From: a virus
IMG/VR virus record: IMGVR_UViG_3300033153_006331
Location: 6,285 to 70,284 of that record
Direction: 5' to 3' (one strand)
DNA: 64,000 nt
Program-made: the position numbers and the translations under genes
Notes under the pieces: model-generated
What the model saw: only the letters and a program-made list of their open reading frames with translations
Told to the model about the DNA's origin: nothing
The model's database searches: none
Shown here: positions 27,285 to 36,835 of the stretch, in pieces
Position numbering within the stretch: position 1 is the stretch's first letter
Layout: every line of letters starts with the position of its first letter

Positions 27285-28249
27285 TACTCGCCTCTTATCG
27301 CCCTGCCCTCAATCTCGGCTATCCGCTGGGCACGCCTTCTGTTGTGGGCCTTCTCTCTTTCCTTCCTCGCCTGGTCGGTCGCTATTCCAGCCCGGGCCTG
27401 TGCGTCCTGTTTTTCCTGGTCCGTTACGTCTTGCTCGCGGCGGAGAGGCTGCTTGTGGTCCCGGGCGAACCCACCGCGTTCGATGCCGGCAATGAAGTTG
27501 AAGAACTCCGGGCCGCCCTCAGTGCTCAACTTTCCCTCGAAAAGCTTCATCCAAGCAGAAAATCCAGACATTATCGGGTCCCACTTGGCTAAGAACGCCA
27601 AGCCTTGCGCCGACTTTGCGAGAGCCACTGCCAGTAGATTCATCAGCGTCGTAAAATCCTGCCGTATTGGTGCGATTTCCTCCCGCAGGTCTCCAATCGC
27701 ATCCGCAAGCAATGCCGTGGAACCCCCAATGGCTTCGGCCTTTTTTACTTGAATGATTCTCGTTCGCAATTCCAGCTTGGCGAAGGCGTTTGCTATCTGG
27801 CCTGAGAACGGAGCCAACTCCCGCTGCTTTTCGAGAATGCCGGTCGCAAGCCCGTCCACCGCGTCCAACAACTTCTTGAATCCGAAAACGAGAGCGAATC
27901 CGCCTAGCGACATTCTCTTGAAGACCGTGGCCAGCGTCTTGCCCTCCTGGCTGAAGGCTTCAGTCTTGCCGGGAGGAGCAGCCGGAGGCCGGTTGGCCCG
28001 TATCCTTTGCTCAGACGCGGCCACACGTTCTTTCAGCCCGACATCCAAAGGGTCTTTCCCGAGCCGGCTTGCCACGGCCGCCCGGGTCATAAGCGTGTCG
28101 GCTTTTTTCAGCACGGACGCACGCTCCGCCAGACTTGCCCCAGCATTTGCAATGCCGGCGCCCGCCCGCGTGCCCGCCTGTGCCGCGGCCGCCCGGCCGA
28201 ACAGCGACGCCCCGATGCGTGCCAAGATTGGCGCCAGTGGTGCCGGCAT
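27284..28249 (-). CDS. Putative short tape measure protein
   Basis: Ala-rich helical 321 aa directly after the frameshifted tail chaperone. Confidence 0.55.
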   Translation of the reverse strand: MPAPLAPILARIGASLFGRAAAAQAGTRAGAGIANAGASLAERASVLKKADTLMTRAAVASRLGKDPLDVGLKERVAASEQRIRANRPPAAPPGKTEAFSQEGKTLATVFKRMSLGGFALVFGFKKLLDAVDGLATGILEKQRELAPFSGQIANAFAKLELRTRIIQVKKAEAIGGSTALLADAIGDLREEIAPIRQDFTTLMNLLAVALAKSAQGLAFLAKWDPIMSGFSAWMKLFEGKLSTEGGPEFFNFIAGIERGGFARDHKQPLRREQDVTDQEKQDAQARAGIATDQARKEREKAHNRRRAQRIAEIEGRAIRGE

Positions 28250-28253
28250 ACGA

Positions 28254-28873
28254 TCAGCCCCCGCTCACCGGTTCTGCGGATTGGCGGGCATGGAATTCAG
28301 CCCGACTCTTATGCAATGAGTGCATGGCCAATGCTTCCTCTTCATCGCTGCAAGTCACTTGGAAGTATTTCAACGGGATAGCCCCCGCAAAGGCGTCCTG
28401 GATTGCGGTCAGCATCACCAGCGAGCGGCGGGTATCCGTTCTGGGTATCGAAGAGTGAAGGGCCAGAACCAATTGCCCGTCCAGCCTAGGAGCCCCTCGG
28501 GCCCGCAGGATTTCAAGCCCGTAGGTGGCTATCAGGTCGATCCAGTGCTGGTGTTTTTTTTTACGCCGTCAAGGTAGCTGCCCAGAAGGTGCGGCAATTC
28601 CAGGATTTCCATGTCGGTCAAACCAGTCTGTTGCTCGTCATCCCACCTCTGAACGCCGAACGCACCGGAAATCAATTCGATCGCCTGCGTCGTCTCGGGC
28701 TCTTCCTGCCGGTCAACCGCGTCGCCAATCTGGGACAAGCTCACCTTACCGGAAGCCAGCTTGCGATAGATAGTGAACGGATCGCCCCACCGCTGCCGCG
28801 TGCCGTCAAAGTAAGGGAACAGCCCGCGTGCAACATTGCGGCGAGCCCGCAGAAAACTGAATGGCCAGATCAT
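28254..28873 (-). CDS. Tail assembly chaperone pair (G: 28532-28873; GT: -1 frameshift extension to 28254)
   Basis: GTA AAA AAA AAC slippery site at about 28553-28564; the -1 frame is open (KHQHWIDLIATYG...) into ORF 28254-28472. Confidence 0.8.
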
Positions 28874-29397
28874 GCTGTGCTCGTGTTCCAGAGAACGCCA
28901 GCGGCATTCTTGTGTGCCTCAAACTCAGCTACCAACGTCGAGAATCGCGTGCCTTTATTCAATTCGATGACGTTCCGCGGGAAGGCCCGAAGGAAGTTCA
29001 TGTTTCCAACGCCAGACGATACCTGTATCAATAGCCGCCAGGCCACCTCGTTTGCCAGGACATTGTTGTCCCCAAACATCAACGTCCCTGCCGCCACCGG
29101 TACCCCCGCGGACCCGCCGTTTACTCTTGCCGAGACCTTCTCTGCGACCGTGCTGTTGTACTTCGTAAGCTCCATGCGAATCGTCGCAATTTCGCCCATA
29201 TACTGAACATCAACGGGCGGTCCATCATCCCCACCGTTCTCATCCCCTGGCACGTCAAGGAAGAATCCTTGGAATGACAACTCTATGCCATTGCGGGTGT
29301 AGCCCAGGTCCTCGATGTTGTCCGAAGTCGCATTTACGGGCCCGACCTTTACCGTAGCCAGCCCAGTGACGTTCACTACCTTCGCTTCGCCTGGCAT
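28870..29397 (-). CDS. Tail tube protein
   Basis: DLGYTRNGIELSF...D..GG motif; between head-tail adaptor and chaperone. Confidence 0.7.
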   Translation of the reverse strand: MPGEAKVVNVTGLATVKVGPVNATSDNIEDLGYTRNGIELSFQGFFLDVPGDENGGDDGPPVDVQYMGEIATIRMELTKYNSTVAEKVSARVNGGSAGVPVAAGTLMFGDNNVLANEVAWRLLIQVSSGVGNMNFLRAFPRNVIELNKGTRFSTLVAEFEAHKNAAGVLWNTSTA

Positions 29398-29412
29398 CGT
29401 TCACGCCCCCCC

Positions 29413-29922
29413 TTATGCTCTGCCGATCGGCAACCGGCTGCCACGGCTTGGATAGTAATTGCGGGTTCGGTCCGGGATCATGTTCAGCGTCTCGTATGTC
29501 GTAACAGTCGGACCGTCGACCGTGGGCCGTCCCGCCGCTATGGCCTCGTCCACGTCAAACAATCGCTGCCCCTTGCGGAGCAACTCCAGGTACTCGTCGG
29601 CCGCCTTGTGCTGTGCCGCCAGAGCCTCCGACCCGTATCGCTCGGGCCGGCGGCTCATCATGTAGCACATCGCCAGATCGCATACCAAACGCTTCAACAA
29701 TGCCAGGCTGTTGCCCGTCAAAGCACTAAGCTGCGTCGTGGTATACAATCCTCCGACCAGTACCGCGGCATCCACGCGACCACTCGCGTCCTCCAAGGCC
29801 ACCAGGGCATGAGGGTCGGAGCTGATGTCGGCCACCTGTTCGCCCGTATCGCTCGCAAGATCGCGAAGCGTACGGGCGTCGAAGCGGTCGGCAAGATCGC
29901 TGGGAGTCGCGTAGGACGCCAT
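29413..29922 (-). CDS. Head-tail adaptor (Mu gp36/DUF1320-like)
   Basis: YATPSDLADRF...ALEDASGRVDA...LKRLVCDLA...A.EYLELLRKG. Confidence 0.85.
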   Translation of the reverse strand: MASYATPSDLADRFDARTLRDLASDTGEQVADISSDPHALVALEDASGRVDAAVLVGGLYTTTQLSALTGNSLALLKRLVCDLAMCYMMSRRPERYGSEALAAQHKAADEYLELLRKGQRLFDVDEAIAAGRPTVDGPTVTTYETLNMIPDRTRNYYPSRGSRLPIGRA

Positions 29923-29925
29923 TGC

Positions 29926-30966
29926 TTACATCGCTCCCGTAAACAACACTCCGGACACCGGGGCGACCATCACTGCGTCGAACGTATCGACGATCCGAGC
30001 CAAGGTCCGGCGGTTCTCGTCATCCCGCTTAGTCTCGGCCGTCATCTCCTCCTGAACGAAGATGACCACGGTCGAGAAGTTCGGGGCATTCTGGACGCCG
30101 ATCAGGCCGCCGGGCCGGGCACACATAAACGGCGTCGCGTTCGGCAAGACCTGGCTGCGGGCGGTAGTCGCCCCCTTGTGGGTCGTGATCTTGCGGGTCT
30201 TTTCCACCACCAGCGGGAACCCGTACAGCTTGTTCGGCAAGCCGTAAAAGGTGTTCTCGCCGGGCAGTTCGCCGCGAACCTGGGCCAGGGCCTCGGGGCT
30301 GCCCTTGATGTAGTCAACGATTTCCTGGGTCAGGCTCATATTCGAGGCCAACTGAGAGTTGATGACCAGCATCAAATCGTTGATGTCCACGGCCGCGAGC
30401 GTATCGTCCAAGATTTGCTCGGCCGCCACGTTCAGGCTCCGCTTGATGTCCTGGCGGGCGGTAGTGGATTGGGTCCAGTTCCCGCTATTGCCCGTGATCG
30501 CAGCCACGGCCTTGACGTGGTTTGCCGCGTAGTTGCCGGTCGTCGTGAACTGCGTGATCGCAGCCTGAGTCCGGGCGGTCATCGCCTGCTGGGCCTTGAT
30601 CCGCGAGTGCTGGGCCAGAATGTCCCACGACGCCTGATCTATCGTCAGGTCGCCCAGGTTCACGCTGTAAGCGTACCGCGTGCAACGGAAGTTGAAGAAC
30701 TCGAAAGATTCCGTTCCGTCATGGCCCATCGGGGCAATCTGCCCGTCAGCCCACGCGAAATCTCGCAGGTTCGTGTTGAGAATCCGCCCGGCCTCCTCGA
30801 TGGTCATCCGCAGGAAATACCCTGCAACCTTGTCGGCCGGAACAATTTGACAGTATTGATTGACCGCGAAGTCCTTCTGATTCCGCGAGAAATCAACCAC
30901 CAATTTTCCCGACGCCTCGTGCGACGGCACGAACGCATCATGTGAACTGGGGAATACAGCGGGCAT
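29926..30966 (-). CDS. Major capsid protein
   Basis: 346 aa between decoration and adaptor genes; YGLPNKLYGFPLVVE, VAPVSGVLFT C-terminus. Confidence 0.8.
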   Translation of the reverse strand: MPAVFPSSHDAFVPSHEASGKLVVDFSRNQKDFAVNQYCQIVPADKVAGYFLRMTIEEAGRILNTNLRDFAWADGQIAPMGHDGTESFEFFNFRCTRYAYSVNLGDLTIDQASWDILAQHSRIKAQQAMTARTQAAITQFTTTGNYAANHVKAVAAITGNSGNWTQSTTARQDIKRSLNVAAEQILDDTLAAVDINDLMLVINSQLASNMSLTQEIVDYIKGSPEALAQVRGELPGENTFYGLPNKLYGFPLVVEKTRKITTHKGATTARSQVLPNATPFMCARPGGLIGVQNAPNFSTVVIFVQEEMTAETKRDDENRRTLARIVDTFDAVMVAPVSGVLFTGAM

Positions 30967-31026
30967 GGTAGCGTTACCTTTTGCGAAAGAAAAAACAACA
31001 CCATCGCTCGTCGGAGGTCGCCTACG

Positions 31027-31428
31027 TTACACGGCGTTCCGCACGATGGCGATCTGAACCTTAATCAGTTCTCCGGCCGCAGCCGCAGCTTCCAGTGCGA
31101 CGGCCCCGACGTTCTCGCCGGACGCGGCAGTGACAGCACGCCCGACCGCATCGCTTCGGACGCTATCGAAAGCGGTGATTACACCACCGGCTTCCACCAA
31201 CACATCGGTGTCACTGTCGGCGTAAACCTTCAGGGAATCGCCGTCGATGGCCGCGTAGTTGGTGGTCACCAAATCATTCAGGGGAGCCTGTCGGGCACCC
31301 TCTTGGGAGATTCCTACGATCTTGGCGTTTGCGGTCGCTTGAAGCACGGTCTTGGCGGTCCCTGCCTCGCCCATGACGAACCGGCTCGGGTTGATATTCC
31401 CGCCCGCAATGTAGTGTCCAGCAGGCAT
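31027..31428 (-). CDS. Capsid decoration/cement protein (DUF2190-like)
   Basis: VEAGGVITA...SDAVGRAV...VALEAAAAAGELIKV. Confidence 0.75.
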   Translation of the reverse strand: MPAGHYIAGGNINPSRFVMGEAGTAKTVLQATANAKIVGISQEGARQAPLNDLVTTNYAAIDGDSLKVYADSDTDVLVEAGGVITAFDSVRSDAVGRAVTAASGENVGAVALEAAAAAGELIKVQIAIVRNAV

Positions 31429-31588
31429 TTCTTCTTCTCCTGATTGAAAGCAAAAAAATAGGGGCCGAACGACTATAAGTCGCGCGGCCCCCACAACGGG
31501 CAGCGAAGGTTGTGGCCTCTTCCGATAGCTAGTCGGTTCAGCCGTCGTTTAGAGCCGCACGGTTCGTTGCCGTTCGGCCCCGTTGTTC

Positions 31589-33715
31589 TTAGGTCTTGAC
31601 AGTCTCTCCGTTGCGCGATTCCCGGACCGAATCCAAGGCCGCCTCGAAGCTCAGCTTCTCGCCACGACTGGCGGCATCGAGACACATTTTGGTCGCTTTT
31701 TCCGAATCTTGCTTGGCGTACTTCTCCACTCCCTCGGCGGGCTGCGTCGCCCGGCGGGTAGCCGCGTCGATGCCTCGGCCGTGAGTCGGAAGCTGCTCGC
31801 CGATCGGAATCTTCCGGTAGTTCGTGTCGATGTCCTCCAGCTTGTACTTGAACTGCTCGTCGTTCATCTTGCCGTACCGACACCGCTCTACGGCCTCGTC
31901 GAGATCGAAAGCGTGGTGCTGCCGGCGTTCGCTGAGCAGGGCGTACCGCTCGGCGTCCACGCGCTTGCCGCGTTCGGTATCCAATTCCTGCTGGAGTGTC
32001 GCAATCTGGGCCTGCATCCCTTGGAGCTGATGCCCCTTCTGACCGAGCTTGGCGGCCATAATGTTGTCCTCCTGGTTCTTGGAGTATTGCTTTTGTTCCT
32101 CGACCGTACCCGTTCCAAGAGTCTCGGTCTGGACCTCCGCACTGCCGGTACTCGGGGGAGTGCCGGACGTTTCGTCGTCTGCCGAGCCCTCGACCGCGTA
32201 ACGGCCGATTTTGCGGACGCGGACGTAATCTTCAAGCTCTTCGTCGGACATTGCATCCATGGCATCCTTGAGCTTTTTCTTCGCCTCGTCCGGGCTCGCC
32301 TCTTCGCCGGGGAAGTTCTCTGTCTTTTCCTCTGGCGGGGCGATACCTGTTTCGGGCATGATTTCCTCCTGGGGCATTTCCCCTTCTGGCGACATTGTTT
32401 CTTCCTCGCCCATGGGCGGCATTTGCTCTTCACCTAAAGGCTCGGTATCCATTCCAGCGGGCGGACCCTGCGGCGGCATCTCACCGGGGGCTTCGGATTC
32501 GAGAGCCTCGGTCGGCATGGCCTCTTCCATGGGCAGTTCAGCCTCCAGGCCGGGCGTCGCGTTCGTGCCCTGCGTCGCCACCATTTGAGACTTCACCCAT
32601 TGGACCCAATCGAGTTGCTCCAGAGCGTCCAGCAATTGTTGGATTTCCTCGGGAGTTTGCACGGTATAGTCTCCTTGTACGATTTGCTTGGAGTATTGGC
32701 TCGATTCATGTACTGTTCGCTTGACTTCATAATTGCCCCCTTCCAGCTTTGCATCGAATGACACCAATTGCCCGCTGGGCTGCGAAGGCTTTTGCGTCGA
32801 TACTTGAATCCCAGCTTTCGATGCGTACATATAAACTGGCTTGCCGTGAAATGCAGACATACGAATGGCTGCCGTCATTGCACCTTCTTGGCTCCCCCTA
32901 TGAAATCGCGGAGACTTCGCTGGTTTTATGCCCTTAGCGGGAATCACTCTTATCGATGTCTTACTGTCGCTTTTCCCAGTCCCCCCACCACTCTGTTTCT
33001 CCGCACCTCCCCCTCCACCGCCCTCCCCAAACTTCCCGTCCTCGTCCCGGGGATGCTTCGACTCGTCAAAGTTTTTCTCGTACTCTTGCTTGCACCCGTA
33101 TTCCTTCGGCACGAACACCGAACTGGCAGACGGGGCCACCGCCGTGTACTTCAGGCGTTCCCGCCCATTGTGCTGAGCCGAGTACAACATCCCCATATCG
33201 AGTCGTGGCGGCGAGGCTCCCAGTAAGGCAATAGGGTCTAGGAACATGTCCGCCGGCGAGTCAGCCAGCCACAACTCTGGGGACCTTCTGGGATGCTTCT
33301 TTACCTCCCCAGCCTTCTCGCGGAAAACGTGAAAGTCCGCCAGAATGGCATAACGGTGCGCTCCGCCCGGTGATCCAACCAGCCCGACCCGGTATGGCCC
33401 AGCATATCCAACCACCTCGGGGTCTTTCCCGTTAGCATCATCCGGGTCCGGCGTATGCCCCAGGGTCAGGACCGCATAGTCGCCGGTCTCCTGAATCCGT
33501 CGGTTGCACCTTCGGGCAATGGCCTCGAGTTCCTGCTTGCCAAACTCGAGTGTCTCGCCGTCCTTACGCCGCGTCACATGCTCGGCAAACACCGGCACGT
33601 CGGGGAAGGTGGCAAACTCGGCCTCGTCGAAACGGCCCGCAGAATGACGCACACGGCCCACAGGGAGCCGCTCGTCAGGTGCAGCAGTGGCAGTCTGGAC
33701 GGCAGTTGTGCTCAT
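31589..33715 (-). CDS. Prohead protease/scaffold protein with inserted domain
   Basis: LGHTP, PRRSPELW, IALLGASPP (Mu gpI-like); FDESKHPRDEDGKFG insert; acidic and coiled-coil C-terminus. Confidence 0.75.
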   Translation of the reverse strand: MSTTAVQTATAAPDERLPVGRVRHSAGRFDEAEFATFPDVPVFAEHVTRRKDGETLEFGKQELEAIARRCNRRIQETGDYAVLTLGHTPDPDDANGKDPEVVGYAGPYRVGLVGSPGGAHRYAILADFHVFREKAGEVKKHPRRSPELWLADSPADMFLDPIALLGASPPRLDMGMLYSAQHNGRERLKYTAVAPSASSVFVPKEYGCKQEYEKNFDESKHPRDEDGKFGEGGGGGGAEKQSGGGTGKSDSKTSIRVIPAKGIKPAKSPRFHRGSQEGAMTAAIRMSAFHGKPVYMYASKAGIQVSTQKPSQPSGQLVSFDAKLEGGNYEVKRTVHESSQYSKQIVQGDYTVQTPEEIQQLLDALEQLDWVQWVKSQMVATQGTNATPGLEAELPMEEAMPTEALESEAPGEMPPQGPPAGMDTEPLGEEQMPPMGEEETMSPEGEMPQEEIMPETGIAPPEEKTENFPGEEASPDEAKKKLKDAMDAMSDEELEDYVRVRKIGRYAVEGSADDETSGTPPSTGSAEVQTETLGTGTVEEQKQYSKNQEDNIMAAKLGQKGHQLQGMQAQIATLQQELDTERGKRVDAERYALLSERRQHHAFDLDEAVERCRYGKMNDEQFKYKLEDIDTNYRKIPIGEQLPTHGRGIDAATRRATQPAEGVEKYAKQDSEKATKMCLDAASRGEKLSFEAALDSVRESRNGETVKT

Positions 33716-33863
33716 ACCCCCAAGATAAGGCCAGAGGGGGGCTGCCGTCAAAAGAGGCTGGGATCAGCTACTTGCCACCCAGCGGCGGGGAGCGGCGGCT
33801 GTCAGCCATCTCCTGCGCCCCATCTATACCGAACATTCCCATTGCTCTCGCGATTGCTCAGAT

Positions 33864-34124
33864 TCACCAGGACAATGACGGGTAACTTATATCGGACAGC
33901 CATACAAATCCCTCTGAAGTGTAATGGGCTTCGATGGCCGCCTTTTCGCGTTCGGTTGGAGTTGGCAATTGCCGACGCCGCAATAATTCCCATGGCGCAA
34001 TCCGCGTTCCCCCACGCCTAGCTTGCGCCCTAATTATGTCATCCAGAGCGTAAATAAATGCGGAGACGTTGGGCGGACCCTCTCCATTGGAGGTTGAAAT
34101 CGCCTTTGCTTCATCCCTATTCAT
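33864..34124 (-). CDS. Hypothetical protein (moron-like, lower GC)
   Basis: GAAAGGG RBS after RNA element copy B. Confidence 0.5.
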   Translation of the reverse strand: MNRDEAKAISTSNGEGPPNVSAFIYALDDIIRAQARRGGTRIAPWELLRRRQLPTPTEREKAAIEAHYTSEGFVWLSDISYPSLSW

Positions 34125-34146
34125 GCTATTCCCTTTCGTTAAAAAC

Positions 34147-34259
34147 GCACGGCGGCCACATCTCGGACTACCTCACCGCGACAACCGTTCGCGACCGGCC
34201 CGTTGGCTTGGTACGGAATGACGAGGCCAATTGCTGTAATGGCCACGCCGCCGCCGTGC
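34147..34259 (-). ncRNA. Putative tRNA-like structured RNA element, copy B
   Basis: GCACGGCGGCGGCGTGG...CCGCCGTGCGTTTTT on the minus strand. Confidence 0.5.
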
Positions 34260-34294
34260 TGGTCTGGAAGCCAACTGGCAGCCATTATACCACA

Positions 34295-34582
34295 TCACAG
34301 ACCGTGACGGGCAGCGATCTGAGAAATCTCATTCTGGAAAGTCTTACCCAGACACCACAGTTCGAATCCGAGCCGGGCACGGTTCCGCGTGAAATCGGCC
34401 GGCAAACTGTTCGCCACGTCAGCGATTTCCTGCAACGAATGCTTGTCTACCCGGCCGGCAAACATCGGCGGCTCGGCGTCCGGGTAACCGGAGTCATGGC
34501 AGAATTCCAGGGGCTCGTCGTCAGGATCGTCCATATCGAAGAGACTCCATAACCATCTGGACATCCCGAAGCCGCTGGCCAC
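34295..34582 (-). CDS. Hypothetical protein
   Basis: 95 aa ORF after the portal. Confidence 0.4.
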   Translation of the reverse strand: MASGFGMSRWLWSLFDMDDPDDEPLEFCHDSGYPDAEPPMFAGRVDKHSLQEIADVANSLPADFTRNRARLGFELWCLGKTFQNEISQIAARHGL

Positions 34583-34600
34583 GCCACAGCCTGGCGTTTT

Positions 34601-36487
34601 TCACGCTCGCCCCGACACGTCCTCACCCTTGACTCCAGGGCAACCAGCCTTGATTGTGCCGTCCTCTCCAATGAATACGCGGGCCCCGCCGATCGTTTTC
34701 CAGCCGGCAGAGTGGCCGGACTCGGGAGCCTGCCGATACTTGCTAGGGCTGCTGTTGGCGGCACCCCCGGAGCCACCGGCACATTCCTTCGCAAACCGCT
34801 CCCGCTCCGCCGCATTCATCCGCATCCAATGGGCCAGCACCTCCGCTTCCGTTGACGGGCTGTTACCGTCCAATGCGTCCAGAACAGTTTTCACGTCCTC
34901 CAACGGTGCGTGGTGCCCGTTGGTCGGCGGGTGGATTCCGTCCGGAACCTCGCCCGGCACCACCCCGTCTTTCTCTGCCAAGTCGAGTTGCATCGGCTCA
35001 CCACTGTTCCCGCCCGGAGCAAACCGGCCTCCCATGTCCCGCCCCTGCCCAGGACCGGCCCCCATATCGCCCATGCCCATAGGCATTTCCTGCTGTTGCT
35101 CCAGAATCTCGTCGCCCAGCTCGGGCATGGCCGCACCGATAAGCTCCATCACATCCTTTTCCCGAAGCTTCGCACCCATCTCGAAAGCACTTTTCCAGGC
35201 CGCCAGCTTGGACTCTACGTCCGAAACCTCGGTCTCGATGCGGAACCGCACCGGCACTTCCATCTGGTCCGGGAAGTTGTACGCCTTCAGCCGCTCAACC
35301 AGTTCGGTCGTGATCGTCTCCTCTAAGTTCACTGCATCGTATTTGATGATCTGCAAGTAGGTGTCCAAATGCACCGAAGCCAGCGTACTCCCCAGCCCGG
35401 TCGCCTGGGCCTCGCTGGTGAGAGTCTGGCCGAGGATATACCGCTTGATAAGGTGGCCGAAATAGTTTTGGAGGATGTCCTTGACCACATCGGCCCCGGC
35501 CATGCCCGGCTCGATCCGCTCCATGCCATACGCTTGCCCCTCTTCTCCGATCGGCTTGGGCACCAACACGATATTCCGTCCCTGGCCAATCCGCTCTTCG
35601 GCCGCCTCCCTCAGGTCCGTCCGGGCCTGGTCGTTACCCCACGGGTAGTACCAGATTTCGATACCGAAACTGGAGCGCTCGAGATATTCCATCAACCACG
35701 CCAATAGTTCCTGTTTCTGAAACCAAGACCAGTAGATTCTCGACCGGATGCCCAGGCCGTGGATACGTCCGGCGTTGATCGGCTCCTCGAATTCGCCATC
35801 CTCGATCAAGTGCTTGTGGACGGCCAGCAGGTCACGCTCCCACGGGTCCAGGAAATAGGCCAGCCCGTAATCGGTCGGCTGAATCTTGTTGCTCGATCGC
35901 TCCCGCCACTCCTTGACGGCCTGATCCCCCGTCGCTAACGCCGGGCCGACCCGAATCCCAATCCGATCTTGAAGCGGGCCGCCCTGGTCGTAGCCGAACG
36001 CCAGCTTGTCCCCGTGGACCGGCAACCATTGCTTTACGATCACCCGCTGAAATCCATCAACTTCCCCCCATTCATAACGATGCTGGACGGCATACCGGCC
36101 GTACCAGACCGCGCGGAGAAGACTTTCACGGTATTGCATGAATCGCGGGACACGTTTGAGGATGCTGGTCAACGCCGTCTTCAAAGCTTTCTGCTCCGAG
36201 TTCTTTTCGTTGTCAACCTCCAGATGCCACCCCAACAGGGCTGTGGACCTAAGCCGCTGTTCGAGGCATTCCGTGATAGTCAAATCGTTGAGCATGTACC
36301 GGGCGTTGGCAAAGCTGTCCTTGATCGCTTCGTCGGAAGCCCGGTAGACCCGCGAGATCGACGCGAGGATGCCCTGGAAAGTCATTACGTGCGGGATGAC
36401 CTTCTCGCCCCAGTTAGGCGGCATCCCGGGCACCTGCTGGGAAGGGTCTTTCTCGCGCCCGCGTGCTATTGCTTTGGCCGGTTGCAT
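34601..36487 (-). CDS. Portal protein (Mu gp29/DUF935-like)
   Basis: LLRAVWYGRYAV, W..YLERSSFG, ILGQTLTSEA, LASVH...D...LEETI. Confidence 0.85.
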   Translation of the reverse strand: MQPAKAIARGREKDPSQQVPGMPPNWGEKVIPHVMTFQGILASISRVYRASDEAIKDSFANARYMLNDLTITECLEQRLRSTALLGWHLEVDNEKNSEQKALKTALTSILKRVPRFMQYRESLLRAVWYGRYAVQHRYEWGEVDGFQRVIVKQWLPVHGDKLAFGYDQGGPLQDRIGIRVGPALATGDQAVKEWRERSSNKIQPTDYGLAYFLDPWERDLLAVHKHLIEDGEFEEPINAGRIHGLGIRSRIYWSWFQKQELLAWLMEYLERSSFGIEIWYYPWGNDQARTDLREAAEERIGQGRNIVLVPKPIGEEGQAYGMERIEPGMAGADVVKDILQNYFGHLIKRYILGQTLTSEAQATGLGSTLASVHLDTYLQIIKYDAVNLEETITTELVERLKAYNFPDQMEVPVRFRIETEVSDVESKLAAWKSAFEMGAKLREKDVMELIGAAMPELGDEILEQQQEMPMGMGDMGAGPGQGRDMGGRFAPGGNSGEPMQLDLAEKDGVVPGEVPDGIHPPTNGHHAPLEDVKTVLDALDGNSPSTEAEVLAHWMRMNAAERERFAKECAGGSGGAANSSPSKYRQAPESGHSAGWKTIGGARVFIGEDGTIKAGCPGVKGEDVSGRA

Positions 36488-36500
36488 AGTCGCACCTCAC

Positions 36501-36824
36501 TCAGTCGATGGTCTGATACCGAACGAAGCCCTGTACGTCGCCAGTACAGTTCATCAACAGCGGCGACCCAACGTCTGTATCCCCCCATCCAAACACGCAC
36601 GGCGGAATGTTTATTGTGGTGTTGGCCGAGATGACCAGATTTCCGGAAGCGCTCCCGGCCCCTTGGTGAAAGTTGACAATGCAGCCGCCAACAGAGGACA
36701 GGACGGCACAGAGTCCACGAATCCGCTTGCCGGACATCGGGCCCGCAATGACTACATTCTCATTGGCCACAGCCTCCACGATTGTCGTGAAGCCAAGCGG
36801 CCCCATCGCTTCCAATACTGACAT
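36501..36824 (-). CDS. Small beta-rich putative virion protein
   Basis: AAGGAG RBS; 107 aa. Confidence 0.5.
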   Translation of the reverse strand: MSVLEAMGPLGFTTIVEAVANENVVIAGPMSGKRIRGLCAVLSSVGGCIVNFHQGAGSASGNLVISANTTINIPPCVFGWGDTDVGSPLLMNCTGDVQGFVRYQTID

Positions 36825-36835
36825 TTCATTTCTCC

